Source: Candidatus Buchananbacteria bacterium
GTDB lineage: Bacteria > Patescibacteriota > Patescibacteriia > 2-01-FULL-39-33
NCBI GenBank assembly: GCA_903888345.1
Contig: CAISTG010000015.1
Coordinates: forward strand, 11,474 to 75,473
Length of the DNA stretch: 64,000 nt
Direction of reading: 5' to 3'
The notes beneath the pieces are model-generated. The model made no database searches. It saw nothing but the letters and a program-made list of their open reading frames with translations, and was not told where the DNA came from. Below, piece after piece: positions 30,337-39,628 of the stretch. Within the stretch, counting starts at the first letter, position 1; the number at the start of each line of letters is the position of its first letter. The position numbers and the translations under genes are program-made.

Positions 30337-30570
30337 TTACAGCTCAGTGACAGTCGCAGACGCCAAAGAAATGTAGACATATCCGGAAACTCCCTCAATA
30401 CGACGATCTTGGTCCTTAATCTTATCCAAATACCGGTTGCTTAACTTCTGCACATTAACCGCAACGTCTTTTGGCTCACATTCCAAATCATTGAGCTCGA
30501 TGTCGACTGAGACCTTGTTACCATTATTCCAGTATTCAGCCACAAGGGTCACAAGATACAACTTCTTCAT
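30337..30570 (-). CDS. Small hypothetical protein (77 aa)
   Basis: Strong SD aggaga 7 nt upstream of the ATG, with its own terminator. No motif. Confidence 0.55.
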   Translation of the reverse strand: MKKLYLVTLVAEYWNNGNKVSVDIELNDLECEPKDVAVNVQKLSNRYLDKIKDQDRRIEGVSGYVYISLASATVTEL

Positions 30571-30783
30571 GCCGTCTCTCCTTTGCCTTTTTGCTCTCGC
30601 TGTTAATTACGTTGAGCGCTTTTGTTATTAAGAACAATATCAGCAATCGATTTAACTAATCGCTATTATAGCTAATATTTTATACTTTGTCAATCTAATT
30701 ATCCCCTGACTTGCTAAATACTATCTAATTTTAGATAATTTTTTTGCGAGTATTATCAATCTAAATATAGATTTCCCAACATC

Positions 30784-30812
30784 TTGCAAATATCCGCCAT
30801 TTGTGTTATACT
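30784..30812 (+). promoter_or_regulatory. Sigma70 promoter for the ABC-F gene
   Basis: TTGCAA (30784-30789), 17 nt, TGtTATACT extended -10 (30804-30812). The ~70-nt leader contains ggccaaaatcttggcc and tccgccgcggcgga hairpins. Confidence 0.5.
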
Positions 30813-30883
30813 AGTACTTATCTAGGCCAAAATCTTGGCCTAATTAATTTTCACTAAAATCCGCCGCGGCGGACCCTACCCCT

Positions 30884-32341
30884 ATGGCCGAAGAAGTACT
30901 CTTAAGATTTGATGAAGTAACCTTTGAATACTCCCACAACAAGCCGATTTTAGAAGAGGCTTCTTTTAGCGTGCGACGAGGATCAAAAATCACTTTAATG
31001 GGCCAAAACGGTGCTGGCAAAAGCACTTTGTTTGGCTTAATTACCAAAACCCTTAAACCCAAGGAAGGCAACGTCTTCATTACTAAGGATGCTAGTATCG
31101 GCAAAGCCCACCAGACCTTAGATCGCGCTGATTTTGAATTAACCATGACAGAATACTTCGCTCGTGCCTTTACTCAAGTCCCAGGCAACCTCAAAAGCCA
31201 AATTAGCAAGGTTTTAGACGCTGTTAACTTAACTATCCCCTTCGAGCGCAAAGTCGGAGAGATGAGCGGTGGCCAACAGGCTCGTTTACTCTTAGCCTTT
31301 GCCTTAATCCAAAATCCTGACATCCTCTTACTCGACGAACCGACCAATAATCTAGACCAAGCTGGCATTGACCACTTGATCTCCTTCTTGATGCTTTATG
31401 AAAAAACCGTCTTAGTTATTTCTCATGATGCTGATTTCTTGAACTGTTTCACTGACGGCGTCATTTATTTAGATAATCATACTCATCAAATTGAAAGCTA
31501 CAATGGTGACTACTTCACGGTAGTAGAAGAAATTGCCAAACGTATTGAACGCGAACAAATGGAAAACGCCCGCGCCGAAAAAGTTATCAAAGATCGTAAA
31601 GAAAAAGTTAACTTCTTCGCTAACAAAGGTGGTAAGATGCGTAAGCTGGCTAAAAAGTTACGCGAAGAAACTGAAGAATTAGAAGACAGTAAGATCGTCG
31701 TGCGACGTGAAGACAAGACTATTCGCGATTTCACAATTGAAGAACAAAATGTTATTGGCGATGTGGTAAATATTACCGCTGTTACTACTTTTTATGGCCA
31801 TTTACCATTAGTTAAAGAAGTAGAAATGACAATCAGAAAAAAGATGCATGTGCTCGTTTCCGGCCCCAATGGTGTCGGTAAAAGCACTTTCTTGCGCTCA
31901 CTCGTCGCTGGCACCGCTGAGGGCGCCACGATTACTGAAGGCGTCCGCGTTGGTTATTACAGCCAAGATTTTTCTCAATTAGACTTCGATCAGACCGTTT
32001 TTGATTCCCTACGCAGTACTGTGGAAGACGTAGAAGTCATGAGTGCCGAAACCATGCGCTCTATTGCAGCTGGATTCCTAATTACTGGTGACTTAATGGG
32101 CAACAAAGTTGGTGACTTATCTGAGGGTCAAAAGGGACTATTGTCTTTTGCCCGCTTAGTTTTAATGAAACCAGGCCTCTTAATTCTTGATGAACCAACC
32201 AATCACATCAACTTCCGCCATATTCCCGTTATCGCTCAAGCGATTAACAATTACGAGGGCGCCATGATCATGGTCAGCCATATGCCGGACTTCGTTAAAG
32301 AGATTAGAATTGATGAAACTTTGGATCTAACCAAATACTAA
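30884..32341 (+). CDS. ABC-F family ATPase (tandem ABC domains, no TMD). Translation factor / ribosome-protection type (EttA/Uup-like).
   Basis: GQNGAGKSTL + LSGGQQARLLLA + LLLDEPTNNLD. Then GPNGVGKSTF + LSEGQKGLLSFA + LILDEPTNHIN. Lys/Glu-rich interdomain linker. Confidence 0.85.
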   Translation: MAEEVLLRFDEVTFEYSHNKPILEEASFSVRRGSKITLMGQNGAGKSTLFGLITKTLKPKEGNVFITKDASIGKAHQTLDRADFELTMTEYFARAFTQVPGNLKSQISKVLDAVNLTIPFERKVGEMSGGQQARLLLAFALIQNPDILLLDEPTNNLDQAGIDHLISFLMLYEKTVLVISHDADFLNCFTDGVIYLDNHTHQIESYNGDYFTVVEEIAKRIEREQMENARAEKVIKDRKEKVNFFANKGGKMRKLAKKLREETEELEDSKIVVRREDKTIRDFTIEEQNVIGDVVNITAVTTFYGHLPLVKEVEMTIRKKMHVLVSGPNGVGKSTFLRSLVAGTAEGATITEGVRVGYYSQDFSQLDFDQTVFDSLRSTVEDVEVMSAETMRSIAAGFLITGDLMGNKVGDLSEGQKGLLSFARLVLMKPGLLILDEPTNHINFRHIPVIAQAINNYEGAMIMVSHMPDFVKEIRIDETLDLTKY

Positions 32342-32350
32342 TGGCTACTC

Positions 32351-32441
32351 CGTCATTGCGAGAAGCCAACAGGCGACGAAGCAATCTTTCTGGCCATGTT
32401 CTAGTAATCTTCAAGATTGCTTCGCTGAGCTCGCAATGACG
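32351..32441. repeat. 91-bp GC-rich palindromic (MITE/REP-like) element, the empty member of the CGTCAT...ATGACG family
   Basis: Arms cgtcattgcgag...ctcgcaatgacg (12/12) and gaagcaatctt...aagattgcttc (11/11) flank a central loop. Begins 10 nt after the ABC-F stop. Confidence 0.6.
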
Positions 32442-32461
32442 AAACAATATAAAACTAAAAT

Positions 32462-32481
32462 AGCCGCTCACTTGAGCGGCT
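32462..32481. terminator. Bidirectional rho-independent terminator between the convergent ABC-F and hemerythrin genes
   Basis: agccgctca-ct-tgagcggct hairpin with T-rich tracts on both strands. Confidence 0.5.
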
Positions 32482-32497
32482 ATTTATATTAACAAAA

Positions 32498-32914
32498 TTA
32501 TTTTAAGCCATGCTCAGCAAAGCATTGTTTATATTGCTGATCAATGGTTAGCAAATGATCAATCAGCCAATCTTCTAGAAAATCAACCAACTCAAAAGCC
32601 AAAGCAAAAATATCATCACCACATTTAGCTTGAATCTCTTCTAATTTAGCCGTAAACTCCCGATGCTTTGCAATATGTTCCTCTGCATTTTCGTAATTAA
32701 ACTCCTTAAAATACTTTTCTTCGGTCTCAAAATGAAATTTTTTGTAAGCCACCAAGTTACCAATAATCTCCCCAATCTTTTCTTTTTCCGGACCAGTATT
32801 AATAGTATCGATCAATAGATTAATAGTCGTAAACATGGCTTTGTGCTGTTCATCAATCAACTCAACACCAACACTGTACTTGTCGTCCCATTCTAATTTC
32901 TTACCCATTTCCAT
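32498..32914 (-). CDS. Bacteriohemerythrin (HHE cation-binding domain)
   Basis: WDDKYSVGVELIDEQHKAMF, HFETEEKYF, HIAKHREF, LVDWLIDHL (His/Glu diiron ligands). Start placed at MEMGKK (32914) rather than the track's upstream M (32968); this is uncertain. Confidence 0.7.
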   Translation of the reverse strand: MEMGKKLEWDDKYSVGVELIDEQHKAMFTTINLLIDTINTGPEKEKIGEIIGNLVAYKKFHFETEEKYFKEFNYENAEEHIAKHREFTAKLEEIQAKCGDDIFALAFELVDFLEDWLIDHLLTIDQQYKQCFAEHGLK

Positions 32915-33097
32915 ATATTTGTCATTATGACTAAGCCGCGGTAAGCAAGGATGCTTGAAAACCGCCATTAAATATATTATAACACTGGAATCTAAATCTG
33001 CCTAATGCTAGTTAGGTCATTGACAAAGTTACCATTTATCTTTACACTACAACTTAACCATTGTACCTTTAACCGCCACCAACCCAGGAGACGTCAA

Positions 33098-33829
33098 ATG
33101 AATAAACTGTCGTGGATTTTAGCCGTAATTTTCGGATTAATTATTGTTGTTCGGTGCCAGACGGTTATCGCCGCTGAAGACCCGCTTAAAGAGATTAATG
33201 CCAGCGGCTTCCCACTTACTACGGGTTTTCATTGGGAATACAATTACGTCAGTGAAGACCAAGATCCTAATGGCAAGTCATTGGCTGACCCCTATGGCAG
33301 TCAGGATGGACCCAAGGTCAAGGTAAATCGGGTCGAGCAGACGATGACCATGCAAGTTGGCGAGATTTTGATCGAAAATGGCAATATCAGGGCTGATGTC
33401 ACTGGTAATAGTTTACTAATCTTTGCCAATCCGGAAAGTGTCCGCGACTACAGTTGGGTTTATCAACCCTCAACTGGCGGTTTCTGGGAAGGGACGACTT
33501 CATTACGTAACGATTTCGTTGATAATCGACTCGGTTTAACTGCTGGCCGACCATTACTGCTGTTGCCGCCAAAAATCGGCCGACACTGGGGAGAAATATC
33601 GGAAGTTAAGCGTAACGATACGATGTATCGCTGGGAAGTTGAGACTAAAGAAGTTGTCAAAGTTCCCGCCGGTAACTTTATGTGCTATCGCCTAGCCTAT
33701 CGCACTAACCCCGATCACCAGATCATTTGGTTTTGCCCCAAGGTCGGCATTGTTAAAATGCAATATGTGCATCACGGCACAATCATGAATACGTTTATTG
33801 AACTTACCGCTTATGGTCAAAAAAAATAA
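33098..33829 (+). CDS. Secreted hypothetical protein (243 aa)
   Basis: SD aggag 7 nt upstream of ATG 33098. Signal peptide MNKLSWILAVIFGLIIVVRCQTVIA. The track ORF starts upstream at 33005 without an RBS. Confidence 0.5.
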   Translation: MNKLSWILAVIFGLIIVVRCQTVIAAEDPLKEINASGFPLTTGFHWEYNYVSEDQDPNGKSLADPYGSQDGPKVKVNRVEQTMTMQVGEILIENGNIRADVTGNSLLIFANPESVRDYSWVYQPSTGGFWEGTTSLRNDFVDNRLGLTAGRPLLLLPPKIGRHWGEISEVKRNDTMYRWEVETKEVVKVPAGNFMCYRLAYRTNPDHQIIWFCPKVGIVKMQYVHHGTIMNTFIELTAYGQKK

Positions 33830-33888
33830 GCACAACAAAACCCGTCAGATAACTTCTGGCGGGTATTTTAATATTATCACTGCCAGCT

Positions 33889-34641
33889 TTATTTAGTCGC
33901 AAAATTAAAAAAACCACCGCTACCCCCATAATTACATTGATTGCATAATGGCGAAACTGTCCGATCTAAATTATCAATCGACTGGCGAAAAGACTCAAAA
34001 GCGACATTTGTCCAAATATCTTCCAACCGATTATCTTTAACATTACCAAAACAATTAATCTCATAAAAATCACAACAACAACTGACAATCTTGCCACTGG
34101 GCCGCACACATAATACATTATGAATTCGATCGCAACCAGCCTGAAGTGCCTGTTGGGGTTTTGCTGCCCCCTCATGGCTAATATTACCGCCTCGATTATC
34201 TAGAAGAAACGGTTGCCGCTGATCAATGATCTCAATCAGATAATCTCGTGATTTTTTAAAATTACTAATCTTAGCAAAAGTCGCATCGTCATAAGTCGAA
34301 ACCTTAAGTTCACTTAAGCCAGCAGCAAACAGCCGATCCAACTTATCAAGATCTAACAAATCGCCATTACTGGCAATCATATGCCAAGCGTCAGGATTTT
34401 TTTGTTTGGAATAATTAATAAACTCGAAAATCCGTGGATCCGTTAGGGGCTCGTTAGTTTCAAAATAACCAATACGTCCCTTAAAGCCTAAGTCGGCTAG
34501 ATTATCAACAATTTTTTTAAATAATTCTGCACTTAATTCAATATTTTCCGGTTGATCACAATGACCATAATAACAATAAGAGCATCGACGTGTGCACCGA
34601 TTATTGGTTTGTATTTTGATGTGTTGAAATAATTTTGTCAC
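33889..34641 (-). CDS. Radical SAM enzyme with a C-terminal Cys-rich SPASM/twitch-like region (250 aa)
   Basis: NNRCTRRCSYCYY (CxxxCxxC). C-terminal ...CDRIHNVLCVRPSGKIVSCCCDFYEINCFGN...PLCNQCNYGG. Confidence 0.7.
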   Translation of the reverse strand: MTKLFQHIKIQTNNRCTRRCSYCYYGHCDQPENIELSAELFKKIVDNLADLGFKGRIGYFETNEPLTDPRIFEFINYSKQKNPDAWHMIASNGDLLDLDKLDRLFAAGLSELKVSTYDDATFAKISNFKKSRDYLIEIIDQRQPFLLDNRGGNISHEGAAKPQQALQAGCDRIHNVLCVRPSGKIVSCCCDFYEINCFGNVKDNRLEDIWTNVAFESFRQSIDNLDRTVSPLCNQCNYGGSGGFFNFATK

Positions 34642-34644
34642 AAA

Positions 34645-35055
34645 TTACTGCCAAATTTTATTAAGCTCGTCCCTTTTAATAAAGGGGTCGACTTCCTCAC
34701 TGGCAAATAAGTCAGCTTTAGAAAACCAAGCTGATGCGCTATGCTCTTCAGAAATTACAACTACTTCCGAACCAGTCAAAACTTCATTAATAGTAAAAAC
34801 AATACCCAACAAATCTTTGCCAGTATGATTGCTCTGCCAAATCCAAACGGGATCGCCCACCGTTAATCGTAGCCCAGTTTCTTCTTCTAATTCCCTTTTT
34901 AAGCCAGCCTTAACTTCTTCACCCTGATGAATGGTTCCACCAGGCAAAGTATAGAGTCCGCCCGGTCGATTTCTTTTTAATAATAAAACCTGATTAGCAT
35001 TATTAACAATAATAGCCTGAGTTGTAACTCTAGCATTGAGCTTTTCCATAAACAT
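34645..35055 (-). CDS. Nudix hydrolase (136 aa)
   Basis: Nudix box GGTIHQGEEVKAGLKRELEEETGL. Alternative start at MEKLN (35049). Confidence 0.75.
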   Translation of the reverse strand: MFMEKLNARVTTQAIIVNNANQVLLLKRNRPGGLYTLPGGTIHQGEEVKAGLKRELEEETGLRLTVGDPVWIWQSNHTGKDLLGIVFTINEVLTGSEVVVISEEHSASAWFSKADLFASEEVDPFIKRDELNKIWQ

Positions 35056-35185
35056 TTGATAATTAATTTTATACTATCTATTATGTCACATTATTACATT
35101 ATTAGCACACTCGCCCAAAAATTACAAGGATTAGATCAATTAAAAAAGCGCTTGTTTAGACAAAACAAGCGCCAAACTAACAAAC

Positions 35186-35770
35186 TTACCAAACCTCATA
35201 CTTAATTACTGCCCAAGGCGTCAGCAACAAGATCCAAAAGTACAACCAGGGGCTCTGATGCTCCACATAGTACAGGTCACGTTCGAGTCGACGTTCTGGC
35301 TCAATGTGGCTTTTCCGAAAACCATAGACTTGGGCTAGTCCTGACATGCCCGGCAACACTTGCAGTCGCTTTTTGTATTGCGGCAGCTGACTAGCATACT
35401 GCTCAACCAAGTGGGGTAACTCTGGTCGCGGTCCGACTAAACTCATGTCGCCTTTGATGACATTAACCAATTGTGGTAATTCATCGAGACTATAGCGACG
35501 GAGCAAGTGCGAAAACCTTGAGATCCGAGGATCGTGTTTGGTAATCGGACCAAGTTTACGCATCGCTAAATTTTCCGGCGTTGGCTTCATTGTCGTAATC
35601 TTATACATACCAAACTGCCGGCCGTCCTTACCAATCCGGTTGTCCTTAAATATTGCATGGCAACGCAGATGGCACTTGGTCACGACGATAATCGTTACCA
35701 GAACCGGCGAAACCAGCACTAATATAAACAGCGCTAACACCAAATCGACTAACCTATTTACAACCTTCAT
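35186..35770 (-). CDS. Polyprenyl-phosphate glycosyl-1-phosphate transferase (bacterial sugar transferase family, minimal PglC/WbaP-like), 194 aa
   Basis: N-terminal TM helix. DELPQLVNVIKGDMSLVGPRPE and PGMSGLAQVYG motifs. Overlaps the upstream gene by 4 nt. Confidence 0.8.
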   Translation of the reverse strand: MKVVNRLVDLVLALFILVLVSPVLVTIIVVTKCHLRCHAIFKDNRIGKDGRQFGMYKITTMKPTPENLAMRKLGPITKHDPRISRFSHLLRRYSLDELPQLVNVIKGDMSLVGPRPELPHLVEQYASQLPQYKKRLQVLPGMSGLAQVYGFRKSHIEPERRLERDLYYVEHQSPWLYFWILLLTPWAVIKYEVW

Positions 35771-36708
35771 AACTCACCCTCCATAATGGCTTTGATTTTC
35801 GCCGTAACCCAATCGAGGTTACCGAAAATTTCGAAAGTCTGACTTTGTTTGTAAATATCCCTGGCCAAAGCCAATACTCGCGTACTGACTTCCTTTTGGT
35901 TGAGTGGCTGATAGACACTTTTAGTTGTCACCAGCACCAACTGCAAAGGATCATAAAAAAACGATAGTGGTTGATATAGAGCAACTTCGGAGAAGCTACT
36001 TTCCACATCCACTAGTCGGCGACAAGTACAATATTCATCGTTCACCGGAACGACCTTAACTCGCACTACTAAATCGATTGGCGTCGCCTCAGTCTTCTTC
36101 TGACAAAGGTCCGCCGCCACCGCAATAAATCTGTCTTTCCCGAACGTCTTCAACAAATACAGATACTCGGGAAAATATAACCGAATGGTTTCCGGTCGCA
36201 GTCGAATCGGCTTAGTACCGCCAAACATGGTCGGTCGGCCCTGTAATCTGCCGATCAATAAGCGATCATTACCCAGATACCGATAACCGTCTTTAAGCAA
36301 CTTCAGGCTGGTAATGGACTTGCCAGAAGCGAATCCACCAACCAACATTAAGCCACGTCCTTCCGGTGACCGCAGTCCAACTGCATAAGCCAAAACATTA
36401 TCGACAGACAAGTAAAGGTGCGAAAAATGATAGACCAGTAAAATTTCTAAATCATTCCTCCAGAGCGCACTTTCGTTAAAATAGAAGAAAGTCTGCCGAG
36501 CCAGAGGATCAATATAGAGAGACGTTTCGGGCGCCACCATGACCGTAAATTCCCAATCATAGTCACGAGAAATCGCCTTGTAACAATAATAACTCGGAAT
36601 AGCCCGATCCGCGACATCCTGATAATAGGCCAGGACTGCCGGCGAGTTGGTTTTCAGCAGAATTTTGAAATCCAGCGAACTTAATGTGCAGGAAAGAATC
36701 TCTGGCAT
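35767..36708 (-). CDS. HprK-related kinase-like protein (HPr-kinase C-terminal-domain fold), 313 aa
   Basis: GLMLVGGFASGKSITSLKLLKDGYRYLGNDRLLIG parallels the HprK P-loop GvLitGdSGvGKSetALeLi..G..LvaDDrv. No N-terminal HprK domain. Confidence 0.5.
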   Translation of the reverse strand: MPEILSCTLSSLDFKILLKTNSPAVLAYYQDVADRAIPSYYCYKAISRDYDWEFTVMVAPETSLYIDPLARQTFFYFNESALWRNDLEILLVYHFSHLYLSVDNVLAYAVGLRSPEGRGLMLVGGFASGKSITSLKLLKDGYRYLGNDRLLIGRLQGRPTMFGGTKPIRLRPETIRLYFPEYLYLLKTFGKDRFIAVAADLCQKKTEATPIDLVVRVKVVPVNDEYCTCRRLVDVESSFSEVALYQPLSFFYDPLQLVLVTTKSVYQPLNQKEVSTRVLALARDIYKQSQTFEIFGNLDWVTAKIKAIMEGEL

Positions 36709-36709
36709 C

Positions 36710-37270
36710 TTAAGTCCTCCTTATTCGGATTTGTGTCCGAGCAAATTCATACGCCTCATCACCATTCCCGACAATAACTAAACGCGGACCTAACAATTCT
36801 TTCAGAAACTCCCGTGTCTGATCAAGTGACTCCTGAAATAAAACCAGATCAGTCACATCCGGAGTATCACCGCGTTTGACCATGTTTTTCAGACAATCGT
36901 CAAATGGTGTTGCGATCAGTACCACAAAAGTCGGCCACCAACTCCTGGTCAGTGGCAGCAACTCAGCGGCGGTAATTAGTCGCTTCCGGAAACACAGATT
37001 AGAAAAATCACAGAATGACGAACGCTCCATTAGCAATAAATCGGTACAAGCCGACAATTGCCGCAAGATTCGTTGTCGATAACTCACCCACTCCAGAATA
37101 CTAGTCTCATCCCTAGTTGCTCGTTTCAGACTATAAGGAAAACCAGTACCAAACCAGAGGGTTTCAGTTTGCGGCGAAACTTCGGCCGCTAACCGTTTAA
37201 TAACAGTGGTTTTACCCGCTCCCATTAAACCCTCGAAGTCAATTGACAAGGCTTGTTTGAGTCTAATCAT
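36710..37270 (-). CDS. P-loop nucleoside/nucleotide kinase-like protein (186 aa)
   Basis: DFEGLMGAGKTTVIKRLAAE Walker-A in dNK/Tmk-like context. Confidence 0.5.
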   Translation of the reverse strand: MIRLKQALSIDFEGLMGAGKTTVIKRLAAEVSPQTETLWFGTGFPYSLKRATRDETSILEWVSYRQRILRQLSACTDLLLMERSSFCDFSNLCFRKRLITAAELLPLTRSWWPTFVVLIATPFDDCLKNMVKRGDTPDVTDLVLFQESLDQTREFLKELLGPRLVIVGNGDEAYEFARTQIRIRRT

Positions 37271-37276
37271 GATGAC

Positions 37277-38263
37277 TTACCTCCAAATCCATGATTCACC
37301 GGTCTGCTGATAACGTAACTGCTGGGCGTGATAATGACTCGGCCAGAAACAACCAGAGCAATGCTCTGTATCCTTAGCTCGAGCTTCCAAAACTTTAGAA
37401 AAGTTGCTTGAGTCCTCCAAAGAAAAGATTGAGTACTGACTCAAGTGCTCTCCTTTGATGTCATTGCAACTCATTAATACGCCATCGGCATCGATCCTTA
37501 ACTCACTAATTACTGGAGCGCAATGCCAATTAAGGTTAATGGCGTAGTCCGGCAAGATAGTCAAGTATTCAACCGTATTAGATAACAACGCACCATCACG
37601 CTTCGCAGCAATCATCTTACCGACAAACTCTTGCAGTCGACCCTTATCCGACTCAGTAAAAGCAGGTGGTAAATTTCGGCCACGCGTTTGCCAATGATCG
37701 CCCGGACTAGCATGATAAGGCAGAATATACAGAGAAATTCCTTGTGCCGTTAACTGTTTCAAAATCAACTCAATCTGCTCCATGTTCTCGGGACGCAAAA
37801 CTGAATATGCAGTTAATTGCGGCACGCCAAGTTGCTGCATCAAAGCTAAAACTTCGTGAGCACGCAGACTCTTAGCGGTACTACAACTATCAAAACCATT
37901 TGGTCCGAGAACATCCATACTAGTGGAAAATCGTTGCAATCCTGCTCGCGCCAAACCGGCATAAATCTCCAGATCCGACATCGAGTTGGAAACAATGGCT
38001 AAATCCAATCCAGTCACCTCACGGTTAAACTGAACTAATTCAACAATGCCCGGATAGGTTGTTGGTTCTCCACCTAAAATAGAAACCTTATTAATACCTA
38101 AAGATTGCAAAATCAAAAAAGCTTTTTGCCAATCTTTCAGTGTTAATTCGTGGTAGTTCAACGCCAGCTTTCGGGTGCTGCAATGCTCACAAGAGAGATT
38201 ACAGCGTCGAGTAATGTAGATGCCGCAGGTCGTGATCGGATAGACGTTAGTGTCGATGTTCAT
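37277..38263 (-). CDS. Radical SAM enzyme with a C-terminal SPASM/MoaA-like auxiliary Cys region (329 aa)
   Basis: ITRRCNLSCEHCS (CxxxCxxC), SILGGEPTTYPG, WHCAPVISELRIDADGVLMSCND, CSGCFW. SD aaggag 7 nt upstream of ATG 38263. The track's upstream M at 38308 lacks an RBS. Confidence 0.75.
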   Translation of the reverse strand: MNIDTNVYPITTCGIYITRRCNLSCEHCSTRKLALNYHELTLKDWQKAFLILQSLGINKVSILGGEPTTYPGIVELVQFNREVTGLDLAIVSNSMSDLEIYAGLARAGLQRFSTSMDVLGPNGFDSCSTAKSLRAHEVLALMQQLGVPQLTAYSVLRPENMEQIELILKQLTAQGISLYILPYHASPGDHWQTRGRNLPPAFTESDKGRLQEFVGKMIAAKRDGALLSNTVEYLTILPDYAINLNWHCAPVISELRIDADGVLMSCNDIKGEHLSQYSIFSLEDSSNFSKVLEARAKDTEHCSGCFWPSHYHAQQLRYQQTGESWIWR

Positions 38264-38330
38264 ATAACATCTCCTTTTGTTGTGTTTTAAGTTGTCAATG
38301 TCCAGCAATAGACATCAAGATAACTCTTAA

Positions 38331-38359
38331 CTATAGTCGATAGTCTGATCTTTGTCAAG
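38331..38359 (-). promoter_or_regulatory. Consensus sigma70 promoter for the 6-gene rSAM/kinase/sugar-transferase/Nudix operon
   Basis: Minus strand reads TTGACA, 17 nt, TATAGT (plus tgtcaa 38354-38359, plus actata 38331-38336). Confidence 0.55.
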
Positions 38360-38481
38360 CCTTTTCTACTAATGCAAGGGAATTAGTGATTACGCCGAGA
38401 TTATTAAGAATAATACACTCAAGCTGATTCTATTTTGTTAATTCTCTATGTGCTATAATAAACACAAATAACCAAACTTAT

Positions 38482-39573
38482 ATGAAAAAATATTACCTCG
38501 GCTTAATTACTTTATTTTTCTTGTCGGTCGCCCCAGTTAGTGCCGCCACCGTCGCTAAAGTCGTTGTCTATAAACCAATAACTCCCGTAGCTTACACGCC
38601 AATAACTTGGGCCAAAGCGCCGGGTATCAATTCATATTTTCGTGCACCTGAAGGTAGCGGAGCGATTGATTTTATTACTCGCATCTATTTACCGCAAAAT
38701 CAAATTAATTTTGTAACGGCGACCGCCACTCCGATCAACCAAACCATTACTGTCGTCGATACTGAAACTACCGTAGCGCCTGATTCCAACACTAGTAGTA
38801 ATGATATTGGCTCCTACCCTAGTCTAGCGTTTAAACGCTTAGGCGCCGAGACCGCCAAAAACTTAACACCAAATACGAAGTTCCTCTGGGACGCGCCTTT
38901 CTTCAACATGCAACCGGAGTTTACTGATTTAAGCATGGCACTTAAATATACTAATGGCACTTCGACGACTATCACCGGCGGTGTTCGCTCTTTGGCCGAT
39001 TTAGCTCACCCACGCAAAATGTTGGTTGTTAATAATCAAACCGGCCAAGCCACCATTAAAGATTTTGATTCCGAATATTTTATAAATAGCACTAATGGTG
39101 ATTTAGCGATTGAGGGCTTTGCTCCGACTGTTGCCAAATCCGACAATGCTAGTGGCGCAGCCTCGCGTTTATTCGTAGGGGTTTCGAGTGACGGTAAAGA
39201 GTTAATGGTTTATTGCAGTCAACTGGCTACCGTTGGTGAAGCTAGCGCCGCCCTCGAGAATGCCGGGGCTTCTATAGACAATCAAATTCAAGTCGATGGC
39301 GGTGGCAGTGCCGCTTGTGGCTATAATCTGCCTGGTCAATACTTTGTCGAACCAACTCGCACGTTACCCTTGCTAATGGGCGCTGAAACAATTTTACTGC
39401 GCGGTAACATTACTTTAAGTAATACTAAAGTCCGTAATGGCGCGACCGCCAAATCCCCCATCATTAAGCAATTAGCCAAAGGCGTCGCTGTCCGCGTCTA
39501 CGAGGAAAAATCCGGCTACTACCGCATCAGCGACAAACAATGGGTCTTAAAAACAGCCGTCAAGAAAATTTAA
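38482..39573 (+). CDS. Secreted phosphodiester glycosidase (NAGPA-domain) family protein with a C-terminal bacterial SH3 domain (363 aa)
   Basis: Signal MKKYYLGLITLFFLSVAPVSA. LFVGVSSDGKELMVYC...IQVDGGGSAA (NAGPA LDGGGSS motif). C-terminal RNGATAKSPIIKQLAKGVAVRVYEEKSGYYRI (SH3b-like). TGcTATAAT extended -10 at 38451-38459. Confidence 0.6.
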   Translation: MKKYYLGLITLFFLSVAPVSAATVAKVVVYKPITPVAYTPITWAKAPGINSYFRAPEGSGAIDFITRIYLPQNQINFVTATATPINQTITVVDTETTVAPDSNTSSNDIGSYPSLAFKRLGAETAKNLTPNTKFLWDAPFFNMQPEFTDLSMALKYTNGTSTTITGGVRSLADLAHPRKMLVVNNQTGQATIKDFDSEYFINSTNGDLAIEGFAPTVAKSDNASGAASRLFVGVSSDGKELMVYCSQLATVGEASAALENAGASIDNQIQVDGGGSAACGYNLPGQYFVEPTRTLPLLMGAETILLRGNITLSNTKVRNGATAKSPIIKQLAKGVAVRVYEEKSGYYRISDKQWVLKTAVKKI

Positions 39574-39582
39574 TTTTACATT

Positions 39583-39620
39583 TAAAAAACAACGGGCATT
39601 CAACTCGTTGTTTTTAATTT
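39583..39620. terminator. Bidirectional rho-independent terminator
   Basis: aacaacg-ggcattcaact-cgttgtt hairpin flanked by an A-run and a T-run. Confidence 0.55.
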
Positions 39621-39628
39621 GAATCAAT

